64,000 nucleotides of DNA, from the NCBI GenBank assembly GCA_965207885.1, contig OZ242311.1, forward strand, positions 5,728,001 to 5,792,000, given 5' to 3'. This document shows positions 30,280-39,932 of the stretch, in pieces. The position numbers and the translations under genes are program-made. Numbering within the stretch: the stretch's first letter is position 1; each line of letters starts with the position of its first letter. The stretch comes from Candidatus Latescibacterota bacterium. GTDB lineage: Bacteria > Latescibacterota > UBA2968. A model generated the notes under the pieces. The model was not told where the DNA came from, ran no database searches, and worked only from the letters and a program-made list of their open reading frames with translations.

Positions 30280-31236
30280 ATGTTGCGGAAATGGCTTTGT
30301 CAAGCCGATGTAAAAATTGCCATCGAACCGGTTGATCCGGTGTTGATTAAGAGCGGCTATGCTACCAGAGATGGTGCAGATATGGTGCCAGTATCAACAT
30401 TTAGAAATGAGGAGAGAATCTATTACTTTCCAGGAACATCTCTCAAAGGCGTGTTGCGTAGCCATTTGGAGCGAATTGCCCGTACCTTGCAGCAAGGTAG
30501 TGTGTGTATTCCCTACTATCGAAATAACAGCACCCCAATACCTGTTGCAGCGGAACAGCACGCCCATGGCTGCGGATTTCGTTCACGAGGTGGAAGGAAT
30601 GGAGAGGCTACATCGGCCAGGTACGCGGATTCGTGCGCCATATGTCGGTTGTTTGGCTCACTGAAATTTGGCGGACGTTTTAGCGTTGGAGATGCCTACC
30701 CCTTGCCGGACCATAAACCCACTTTAGAATCGCGCAACGGAGTGGGTATTGACCGTTTTACAGGTGGATCGGTATCAGGTGCTTTGTTTGACCTGCAAGT
30801 TCTGGTCGGCGGTAAATTTGAAGCAAATCTACGGTTGACAAATTTTGAACTCTGGCAATTGACCGCTCTCAATCTATTGCTTGCCGATCTACAAGATGAG
30901 ATGATTACCATAGGTTCGGGACGAAGTAGAGGTCTCGGGCGCGTGCGCGGCACTGTCACTTCGTATTCTTTAACCTATGTACAGGAGGAAAGTCATCTCG
31001 AAGGTTTATATCAACTCGCAACCTCGGAGGAGCAGCAAGCCTACCGGTTGCACGACTGGAAGCCCGATAGTCCGATTGAGCTATCAACGCCTGAGTCGCA
31101 TGGTTTGCGGCAGGAATACGATCTGAGTTCCGATTGGCTCCAGCATTTGCAACCGCTCGTTCCAGCCTTTGAGGCATTTTTGCGGTGGCACGGCGGACCT
31201 CAAGGGCAGATATCCCAACAAGGGGATAGGTCATGA
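30280..31236 (+). CDS. Cas7-group RAMP
   Basis: PGTSLKGVLRS, CAICRLFGS, RNGVGIDRFTG, GSGRSRGLG. Confidence 0.88.
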   Translation: MLRKWLCQADVKIAIEPVDPVLIKSGYATRDGADMVPVSTFRNEERIYYFPGTSLKGVLRSHLERIARTLQQGSVCIPYYRNNSTPIPVAAEQHAHGCGFRSRGGRNGEATSARYADSCAICRLFGSLKFGGRFSVGDAYPLPDHKPTLESRNGVGIDRFTGGSVSGALFDLQVLVGGKFEANLRLTNFELWQLTALNLLLADLQDEMITIGSGRSRGLGRVRGTVTSYSLTYVQEESHLEGLYQLATSEEQQAYRLHDWKPDSPIELSTPESHGLRQEYDLSSDWLQHLQPLVPAFEAFLRWHGGPQGQISQQGDRS

Positions 31237-31826
31237 CTACCTTCTTAAAAACGGCGGATTTGACACCAGATCAGTTTCTCGATCTGATTACCAATCTCGA
31301 CCACGATGACACACCCCAGCAACGGATCTGGCTGGAAACACCTGATGGTTGGGCCTTCAATTGGTGGTGCGGCCTGGCTGGCGACCTCTCTTGGTGTGGT
31401 GCAGGCCGCGAGCCGGTTGAAAAATCTGCCCGTGATTGTCTGACCCGATCTACCTCCGGGCGATTGTTTGCGCCTGACGGTGAACTGCGCTGGCGCGTTA
31501 TTCCCTCTCTGGGGGAATCGTGCTGGCGTACCGTTTTCCTCGGTAACGCCGATTGGGTGGGTACTGCATTAAACGACTACTCAGATAAACTACATGATCT
31601 GCATCCACATCAGGACAGCTTTTTTTTGTGGGGCCAGCAAACCGATGAGACACCGAATGAGTGGATTGAACTACGTATTCCACATCGCTTCAATTATCCG
31701 ATTAGCGATAACCCTCGCAGCGTGAGCGTTGTTGTTGAGCAGTGGAGCGACGATGCCGGTGAGCCTCACTTTGTCCGATTGTGTGATCTCAAACCCTATC
31801 AGGAGAACAGTGATGCCGCAAGGTGA
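31233..31826 (+). CDS. Csx19-like type III-D subunit
   Basis: GRLFAPDGELRWR, LWG, ELRIP, C-terminal VRL; typical position before the last Cas7. Confidence 0.65.
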   Translation: MTTFLKTADLTPDQFLDLITNLDHDDTPQQRIWLETPDGWAFNWWCGLAGDLSWCGAGREPVEKSARDCLTRSTSGRLFAPDGELRWRVIPSLGESCWRTVFLGNADWVGTALNDYSDKLHDLHPHQDSFFLWGQQTDETPNEWIELRIPHRFNYPISDNPRSVSVVVEQWSDDAGEPHFVRLCDLKPYQENSDAAR

Positions 31827-32916
31827 AAATTTCTGGAATCCTTATCGCTGGGTTACCATCAGCGATCAACCCGTCGAATACGACGACCTACCTTATCAAC
31901 ATGTAGTGAACGACCTTTCCGGCCGTATCTGGTGCGAACTTGAAGCCCTGACGCCATTCATCGTCGGTGACGGACATGGAATGTTTGTCAAGCATTCCCA
32001 TACTTTCAGTCCATATATTCCGGCCACTTCGCTTAAGGGTGCAATACGTTCTCTCGCAGAAATCGTCGGAAATGCGGCTGTGCCGTTTCCAAATGTTTCG
32101 GTTGATAGCCAACACGCATTGACACGAGCACGCACCAACAAGGGAGGGCGCTCGCAGGTTGACACTGTAGCCAGAACATTTGGCTATTTGCACGGTGGTA
32201 ATGTCTTCGCTGGCTTGATACGCTTTAGTGACGCAGAAATCACTAAAGAACCGCTACCGCCAAACCAATGGCCACAGTACGATGTCGCTGTTGGTCAGCC
32301 CAAGCAGAGCCATACTGCGTTTTATCCTGGAAATAATCAACGCAAATTCTATCACCACCGCCCCGGTGCCACACAGCTTACCGCACCACACGCTGGCATT
32401 ACACAAACGAGTAGCGTACAACCTGCACCTCCCGGCACACGCTTTAACTTTACGGTGAACTTTGCAAATCTACGTAGCTCTGAACTCAACTTGCTACTCT
32501 ACTGTCTGATGCTCGAAGAACAGGTCACTGTCACGCTAAGTCCAGCGGCACTTGGTCGTGATGAAGCGCAAGGACCTGTCATATTAGAGGGACCCATGCG
32601 CCACAAAATGGGAGGTGCCAAACCTCATGGTGCTGGTTCGGTTCACATTCGTATCACCAGGATGGAGTTGCGTACAGATGCGATGGCACGCTACCGGGGT
32701 AACGATTCTATTGAAACCTATAAAGCAGAAGATCTTACAAATGAATTCGAAAATCGTACCGCATCATTTCGGAATCGCACCGATCAAACGATGCAAGAAT
32801 TACGCGCCATGTTGATCTATTCTCTCGAGGATCCCAGACAGCCGATACATTATCCGACCTATGGATGGTTTCGAAATGGGAACAATGCAGGCACGCAGTT
32901 AAAGCCTACAATATAG
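31813..32916 (+). CDS. Cas7-group RAMP of the type III-D terminal (NPY-start) class
   Basis: FWNPY, IPATSLKGAIRS, RKFY, NL...EL..LL, KMGGAKPHGAGSV. Confidence 0.82.
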   Translation: MPQGENFWNPYRWVTISDQPVEYDDLPYQHVVNDLSGRIWCELEALTPFIVGDGHGMFVKHSHTFSPYIPATSLKGAIRSLAEIVGNAAVPFPNVSVDSQHALTRARTNKGGRSQVDTVARTFGYLHGGNVFAGLIRFSDAEITKEPLPPNQWPQYDVAVGQPKQSHTAFYPGNNQRKFYHHRPGATQLTAPHAGITQTSSVQPAPPGTRFNFTVNFANLRSSELNLLLYCLMLEEQVTVTLSPAALGRDEAQGPVILEGPMRHKMGGAKPHGAGSVHIRITRMELRTDAMARYRGNDSIETYKAEDLTNEFENRTASFRNRTDQTMQELRAMLIYSLEDPRQPIHYPTYGWFRNGNNAGTQLKPTI

Positions 32917-33015
32917 CGGCAGGAATTACTCTTGAAAACAGCCCCAAACCAGTAGGGTGACCCGTGTCATCCCTTGATGATAGACGGCGGAATTGGTTTA
33001 TAGAAAGGTAAGCAT

Positions 33016-34287
33016 ATGAAACTGGCGATGTTAGTGACTGTAGGCGTAGGCAGTACTGTTTCAGATGGGATCGTATTCGCTATTCGGCACAGGCGGCCAG
33101 ATTTTGTGATGTTTCTGACTACGTTGCAAAGTGAAGAACTCACCATTCCCAATCTTCTTGAAACACTCAAGTTAGATCCCGAAGCATATCAATGTCGCCG
33201 TGTAGATGACGAAAATGACGTTGAAAAATGTACGTTGGATTTCATCTCGGTGATCCAAAATCTGAAAAACCGGGGATTTGATTCGGAAGACATTGTAGCG
33301 GATTACACATCGGGTACAAAGGCAATGTCGGCAGGACTTGTGGCCGCTGGTCTTGAGGCCGCCCTTGGAGAACTATCTTATATTGCTGGAGAACGCGATG
33401 AGGGCCGTGTTGTCTCGGGAACGGAACGCGCTATATCGCTTGCACCAAACCGATTGAGAGTACGCCGCATTGTAGAACAGGCCATAACGGAGTTCAACTC
33501 CGTTCGGTTTGATACCTGTCTGGACATGCTGAACCAGATCAAAGAATTGATTCGCCTGCAGAGTGTCAGGCAAGCTGTTAATACATTGCAGGCTCTTGCA
33601 TTGGGATACCGCGCCTGGGATCAATTCGATTACACATTGGCCATGTCCGAACTGGATGGACTGACAGGCAATGCACATCTATCCGAATGGGGATTAAAAA
33701 GAAGGCTGGAACGGCACAAAGGTTTTTTATACCGCGTCAAAAATTTCGATTATGGCGTAGAGCGTGCTACAGACTTGTGGAATAGCGCAGAAAGACGCAA
33801 AGCGGAAGGACGTTTTGATGATGCCGTAGCCCGGCTCTATCGGCTAATTGAATATATCGCACAGGTGCGGCTGTTCCGCAATCACAATGGACTAAAAACA
33901 AGTGATCTGGATATAAGCTTGTTGCCCGAATCCCTGCGTGCTTCGTACAAAGAAAAAGCTGGACGATCTGGAAAAATTGAACTCGGGTTATATGAGAGCT
34001 ATGCGTTGTTAAAAGCTCTCGACAATGATCTGGGCCAGTTCTTCATAGCCAAGTATGATGAAACAGAAGAATTAAAAAAAGTATTAGGGCTGCGAAATCA
34101 GTCGATTCTTGCACACGTATTTGGACCTCTATCTCAAAATGGATGTAAAACGGCCCAGTCTTCTGTACGGTCATTGATGGATCAGGCATTCCGGAACTGG
34201 GAAGACACTGCTCGTGAATCTGCTTTTCCAAAACTGAACACATCTCAAGTGATCCCAAGTCTGAATTTATCAAATGGGTTCGGATAA
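33016..34287 (+). CDS. TIGR02710-like CARF + HEPN-like effector
   Basis: VTVG, DYTSGTKAMSAGL, AVARLYRLIE, RNQSILAH. Confidence 0.8.
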   Translation: MKLAMLVTVGVGSTVSDGIVFAIRHRRPDFVMFLTTLQSEELTIPNLLETLKLDPEAYQCRRVDDENDVEKCTLDFISVIQNLKNRGFDSEDIVADYTSGTKAMSAGLVAAGLEAALGELSYIAGERDEGRVVSGTERAISLAPNRLRVRRIVEQAITEFNSVRFDTCLDMLNQIKELIRLQSVRQAVNTLQALALGYRAWDQFDYTLAMSELDGLTGNAHLSEWGLKRRLERHKGFLYRVKNFDYGVERATDLWNSAERRKAEGRFDDAVARLYRLIEYIAQVRLFRNHNGLKTSDLDISLLPESLRASYKEKAGRSGKIELGLYESYALLKALDNDLGQFFIAKYDETEELKKVLGLRNQSILAHVFGPLSQNGCKTAQSSVRSLMDQAFRNWEDTARESAFPKLNTSQVIPSLNLSNGFG

Positions 34288-34301
34288 TTTGTAAAAAGAT
34301 G

Positions 34302-34339
34302 ATCAGGATGTATTACCCGGCATTGTGGCCGATCTCAAC
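34302..34339 (+). repeat. degenerate CRISPR repeat just after the last cas gene
   Basis: ATCAGGATGTATTACCCG matches 16 of the first 18 nt of the repeat; the 3' half has decayed. Confidence 0.55.
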
Positions 34340-36501
34340 GACTGGATAGAGGGAGGTTAAAAGAGACTTCATAGTTTAATTCAAGCCAGTGGATGCGACC
34401 CAGAGACGTTTATCAATGTCATGCTGGCAGTTTGAGCGTGTAGCGAACAACGTGCGTGAGGATTACAGGCATTTCCTCATGTGCTGGTGGGTCGCAAATT
34501 TCTAACCTTTTGCAGGAGTGTGTATTATGAACAGAGCCGTGAATGCAATTTTTCATTTTTGGGAGGATTTTGTATGTCAAAATGGCCTGAGTCGCAAACC
34601 GCCTTGTAATTGCTTGCGAGACAGGAAATAACGCAGACGGTATCAGGAAGAATTACCCGCTTATTGGGGTATTGAAACTTTGGCACTTCGCCAGCACATC
34701 GCTACCATTGCGTTGGGATCAGGAAGAATTACCCGCTTATTGGGGTATTGAAACAAAAAGAGTGGACGGTATTTTGGAACGAATCGGTGCCAGTCAATCA
34801 GGAAGAATTACCCGCTTATTGGGGTATTGAAACTCTGCTATAGCGGTGAAATGAGGGGACGGCAGGGAGGGATATCAGGAAGAATTACCCGCTTATTGGG
34901 GTATTGAAACCGCGTCCAATCAAAAGATCGGACGCCGCAAAATATAGTTAATCAGGAAGAATTACCCGCTTATTGGGGTATTGAAACCTGAGCAGATCGA
35001 TACCAACATACGCGAACTTGAAGGCGCATCAGGAAGAATTACCCGCTTATTGGGGTATTGAAACTTGGACGAGCCTGTTTTGGCTCCAAATGTTACCACC
35101 ATCAGGAAGAATTACCCGCTTATTGGGGTATTGAAACCGGTTGATCTCGTAGATGAGGTTGGTAAGTTCTACCCAATCAGGAAGAATTACCCGCTTATTG
35201 GGGTATTGAAACGTGAAAATTAACTGCCGTTTCTGCTTTCGCTTTTTCAAGACAATCAGGAAGAATTACCCGCTTATTGGGGTATTGAAACCTGGGTATG
35301 CACATCCGACCAGATGATCGGCACTGGGCCTGATCAGGAAGAATTACCCGCTTATTGGGGTATTGAAACTTGCCGCTGCCGTCGGGGTCAATCGCGTTCA
35401 GGGCGATCAGGAAGAATTACCCGCTTATTGGGGTATTGAAACGGTTGCTGCCTGTCCCAGAATCGCCTGGATTGCCGTGCGAATCAGGAAGAATTACCCG
35501 CTTATTGGGGTATTGAAACCAGGTACATGCGCCCGCGCTAAACAAGTTTTCAGCAGATCAGGAAGAATTACCCGCTTATTGGGGTATTGAAACCTGCCTC
35601 GAACTCTGCCATTTTTTCTTCTGAGATTTTTATATCAGGAAGAATTACCCGCTTATTGGGGTATTGAAACTCCTCGTCATCATCCCCAATCCCTGGGGAT
35701 ATTGATGCTATCAGGAAGAATTACCCGCTTATTGGGGTATTGAAACTTTCTCCATCGCCCTGCCACGTAAAATTCGTGTGTTCAAAAATCAGGAAGAATT
35801 ACCCGCTTATTGGGGTATTGAAACTTTTACAGTTTTTGCTACAGCCTGAAATTCTGCCATTATCAGGAAGAATTACCCGCTTATTGGGGTATTGAAACCA
35901 GTCGATGATGGCATAGCGATCCAACGTCGCGGCGTATCAGGAAGAATTACCCGCTTATTGGGGTATTGAAACCTCAATATGATAAATTATGTTGGCCGCA
36001 TCCCAGTATCAGGAAGAATTACCCGCTTATTGGGGTATTGAAACTTGCATAATTGTCCGATCGGGATTTATATTTTTGGATATATCAGGAAGAATTACCC
36101 GCTTATTGGGGTATTGAAACGGTTATCTTTGTGTCTGGTTGATTTTGGCAAATGCTAATCAGGAAGAATTACCCGCTTATTGGGGTATTGAAACTTTTTT
36201 GAGGGCGGGACTTGCTCCGACCGCACAAAGAAATCAGGAAGAATTACCCGCTTATTGGGGTATTGAAACTATCGAAGGATTTGCGCTTAAACATTTCCTT
36301 TCGGGCTTATCAGGAAGAATTACCCGCTTATTGGGGTATTGAAACCGGGGTTGTCTGATTTATGAGGACTGAATTTGTTGTTATCAGGAAGAATTACCCG
36401 CTTATTGGGGTATTGAAACAGATTCTGCTTCTGGGTCATCTTCGAGGTGTTTTTGGGCAATCAGGAAGAATTACCCGCTTATTGGGGTATTGAAACGAGA
36501 A

Positions 36502-38898
36502 GTAGGGTAGGCTGCTGGCGAGTTACCCAAAGGCACTTTTCCATCAGCCCCCCTCCGAACCGGACGTGATAGTTTCCCATCATCCGGCTCTCCAGTAACT
36601 TTCACCGTTTTGAGGTCGGCCCGCCTCGATGGATGTTGATATGACAGCTTTTACAGACGACAAGTGTTTTTCTGCGTCTTGCTGCCATTTTATGTTTCCA
36701 TCTTGGCTTTTTCTTCCTTCCCGGCTTGTCCACATCCGTTAGTTTGCGTATGTGGTGAACTTCTACTTCTTGCCGAGAACCACATAATTCACATTCTGAT
36801 GCCGTTAAGCGTTGTATTAGCTCGCTACGACTCCAGTATGGTTTTATGTCTTTCAGGCCGTCCTTGATTACCGCGTTCTCTGTGTTGCGTATTAAGGGAA
36901 CCCCTCCAAAGTATGCGATTAGGGGCTTTTTACCTTCTCTTTCTACGGTTACTTGTATGCATTTTCGTGGGCCTCTTGGGGTAATTACTTTACCCTTATA
37001 TTTCCTTGCCGTTTTTCTCACTTGCGATTTGTGTTTATTCGCAAGTGTCTTTAGCAGGGACGTTTGTATGACCCATTCCAATTTGCTCAGTCTCCGTATG
37101 TTGTTTGCGAGTTGGTAGTATTGCACAAAGCCTCTATATTCCCTTTGATAGCGGGATATGATGTCAAAGTCGCTGTCCTGTAACAATTGTGGTCGCGCCT
37201 CTGGCTTCCCGTTTCTCATATAGGTATTGCATCTCGCATCACTTACATCTTTGGGGATGTATAAGCCGAGTCTTCCATTAATGGCCCTTTTCTTAATGTA
37301 GCTGTCCATTTGTGTGTTACTGAAATATCCCTTGATTTCGTATCCTAAAAATCTGGCTCTTTCGGTGGTTACGTGGGTTATTAGGGTCTTTTCTTCTGAA
37401 AGTTCGAGCTTCATATCTTGCAGGAATTTCTTTAGAATTGACTTAATTCCCCTTGCTTCCATTTTGGAGCCTACTAATCCTATTAGGAAGTCGTCAGCGT
37501 ATCTTATGTAGTATATTCTTTTGAAATCGGGGTCGTCTTGGAGTGAGCAGGGTATTTTCTGCATCTTCTGTCTATACTCCTTTGCTTCTTCAAATCGACC
37601 TTTCTTTTTCAGGTGATATACTTTGTTAATCAGATACCTGTATTCAGGGTTTTTCTTTCGGCTTTTTCCTTTTGTGAATAGAGATTTGAGGGTGTTTTCA
37701 ACAAATTTATCCAGTCTATCGAGGTAGATATTTGAGAGTATCGGGCTTACGATTCCCCCTTGTGGCGTTCCGCTCAAGGTGGGTGTGTAATTCCAATTCT
37801 CCATATATCCTGCTTTGAGTAGATTGGATATTAACCGCAGAAATCGGTTGTCTCGGATTTTCTCTCGGAGTATTGATAGTAAGATTTGGTGGTCTATATT
37901 ATCGAAGCACCCCTTAATATCTCCTTCGACAAACCATTTCGTTCCGTTCCACTTTTTGACTGCTTGTAATGCCGTGTGACAGCCTTTATTTGGTCGGAAC
38001 CCGTGAGACAAGCTGCTAAATTGCGGTTCATAATACGCTTCTAATATGGAGCGTATTACTTCCTGCACAAGTTTGTCTGTCCACGTAGGAATGCCTAACG
38101 GTCGCATTTTACCGTTTTTCTTTGGTATATGTGTCCGTCTCACTGGAGTCCATCTGAAGCGTTCATAGCGTATTTGTTCTATGATTGCTTTAATTTTCTT
38201 CAGTGACATTCCATCAACGGTTTCTTCCGTTATACCTTTGGTCATTGCGCCTTTGTTGCGTTGAATGCGACTGTAGGCCCGCAGGTATAGATCGGGGTTG
38301 AACATTTGTCGATAAACGTCTTCAATGGGTAATCCTCTTAAACCTCGATTTCGGATGATACCTAATACTGTTTCGGCGTCTCGCATCTCGCGTGCCTCCT
38401 GTATTATTGTATCCAGTTACCTGTTTTCCTTCGCCTTGTGGACGGCTTTCCCGTCCTCTGACTACTATGAAAACTCCGTTACCATAGGACTCGCGTCCCG
38501 TAGGCAATCCCGTGTTTTTCTGTTGTGGTCTGTATTAGTGTGGGTTAGGTAGTCCACTCATTCCTTAAATGAGCTACATTGCTCATCGTTGGCAGTTCCA
38601 AAGGTTATGGGAAAGCATTGGTTAATTTCCCATAAAACTGATACCGGTATCGGACGACTTTCCGGTAGGGCGAAGCGACCGTCCTTCTGGAATTGGACTT
38701 CGGGCAGTTTAGCTCTTACCATACCACACAGGTCTTGCGGAGCAAATGTTTTTGTCGCCTTCTCTACATTCTCCGCTTTACGAATATGCTATTTTCCCTT
38801 TCGCCTTTCGGTTCCGGTTGATTCGTTGACCTATGGACGTTCCTTTGAGTCCATCCTGATTTAGTCAGGAATACCACATCAGACGCTACACGGCGCAC
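36502..38898 (-). mobile_element. group II intron (IIA, Ll.LtrB-like), apparently complete, 2397 bp
   Basis: 5' GTGCG at 38898; domain V GAGCCGGATGATGGGAAACTATCACGTCCGGTTC; domain VI ending CCTACCCTAC at 36502; EBS1 loop at 38616-38621. Confidence 0.93.
36602..38386 (-). CDS. intron-encoded reverse transcriptase/maturase with HNH endonuclease (LtrA-like)
   Basis: RPLGIP, HGFRP, GDIKGCFDNI, GTPQGG, RYADD, FLG; C-terminal CELC...HH...CKSCH. Confidence 0.95.
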   Translation of the reverse strand: MRDAETVLGIIRNRGLRGLPIEDVYRQMFNPDLYLRAYSRIQRNKGAMTKGITEETVDGMSLKKIKAIIEQIRYERFRWTPVRRTHIPKKNGKMRPLGIPTWTDKLVQEVIRSILEAYYEPQFSSLSHGFRPNKGCHTALQAVKKWNGTKWFVEGDIKGCFDNIDHQILLSILREKIRDNRFLRLISNLLKAGYMENWNYTPTLSGTPQGGIVSPILSNIYLDRLDKFVENTLKSLFTKGKSRKKNPEYRYLINKVYHLKKKGRFEEAKEYRQKMQKIPCSLQDDPDFKRIYYIRYADDFLIGLVGSKMEARGIKSILKKFLQDMKLELSEEKTLITHVTTERARFLGYEIKGYFSNTQMDSYIKKRAINGRLGLYIPKDVSDARCNTYMRNGKPEARPQLLQDSDFDIISRYQREYRGFVQYYQLANNIRRLSKLEWVIQTSLLKTLANKHKSQVRKTARKYKGKVITPRGPRKCIQVTVEREGKKPLIAYFGGVPLIRNTENAVIKDGLKDIKPYWSRSELIQRLTASECELCGSRQEVEVHHIRKLTDVDKPGRKKKPRWKHKMAARRRKTLVVCKSCHINIHRGGPTSKR

Positions 38899-39588
38899 CT
38901 AATGAGGCTTTGGGTAGATCGTTCACACCCAATCAGGAAGAATTACCCGCTTATTGGGGTATTGAAACTTCGATGCGGGAGCGACCAGCGGCTTGAATCT
39001 TAACAACTGATCAGGAAGAATTACCCGCTTATTGGGGTATTGAAACTATTGCGAGAGAAGATGTTCGCAGATCGAAAGATCCATCAGGAAGAATTACCCG
39101 CTTATTGGGGTATTGAAACTCGAGCTTGACGATGCGCTCTTCGTGGTTGGCGAGACGATCAGGAAGAATTACCCGCTTATTGGGGTATTGAAACGCGTCA
39201 AGGTCTCTGCGTATCTGGTCGAAATTGTCCTCGGATCAGGAAGAATTACCCGCTTATTGGGGTATTGAAACAAATATACTGCACACCACAAGCAGAGCAT
39301 CTCAAAAGTGCATCAGGAAGAATTACCCGCTTATTGGGGTATTGAAACCCGCGGACAGCGAGCGCAAAATCGTCGCAGTCGCTTCTGATCAGGAAGGATT
39401 ACCCGCTTACTGGGGTATTGAAACAATAGCTTGCGGATACACACAGCAAACTCGTTGTAATCATCAGGAAGGATTACCCGCTTACTGGGGTATTGAAACG
39501 AAACTGTCTTACTTTTTTACTTCGGGAATGATTTTGGGATCAGGAAAGATTACCTGTTTACAAAAAGAAAAAGGAGAGGAAACAAGTG

Positions 39589-39809
39589 ATGCCACTAATC
39601 GCGATGTCAGGAAGTGATGCCCTGCTCTTTCTCCTATTCTGGTTCCTGGGATGGTTCGCCTCGCCATTGGGGTGGGCCTTATATACCTCACGCTCAAAGT
39701 GCTACGCAGAATCTCTGAAAAAATAGACAGTCGTCGTGTTAAGGAAACTTCTGCTGACCTTTTGGAGGCACTGGCCGCCAAACTCAAAGAGGACAAAAAA
39801 CAACGATAG
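39589..39809 (+). pseudogene. small membrane protein, apparently frameshifted near 39659
   Basis: RBS AAGGAGAGG; MPLIAMSGSDALLFLLFWFLGWF continues as LAIGVGLIYLTLKVLRR...KKQR-stop if one C is added. Confidence 0.45.
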
Positions 39810-39932
39810 TATGCAGTGTAAAATTGAAATACAGAAAGGAATCTCCTTTTAGTAGTTATTTCCCAGAGTATTCAACTGCTTAGACACTCAGACACCTTCA
39901 TTGTCCGAACTCTATCCGATAAGGGTAATATC

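Larger units (their letters stand above)
34642..39561 (+). CRISPR. main CRISPR array: 33 full 37-bp repeats plus 1 truncated; spacer 25 interrupted by a group II intron
   Basis: Repeat ATCAGGAAGAATTACCCGCTTATTGGGGTATTGAAAC: 25 copies at 34642-36496, 8 at 38932-39499 (last two variant), truncated copy at 39539. Spacers about 35-42 bp. ATTGAAAC 3' end and right-side degeneration give + orientation. Confidence 0.97.

Noticed and set aside
34340-34641. Dedicated sigma54 promoter for the array
   Set aside because: No convincing TGGC-N8-TGC match found in the leader region
35047-36342. ORFs inside the array (35047-35250, 35363-35590, 36139-36342; also 39225-39617, 43895-44198)
   Set aside because: They are translations of repeats and spacers (recurrent QEELPAYWGIET), not genes
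36602-38386. RT as a CRISPR-associated RT, retron or DGR
   Set aside because: It has maturase and HNH domains and full intron RNA boundaries; no Cas1 fusion, TR/VR pair or msr-msd seen
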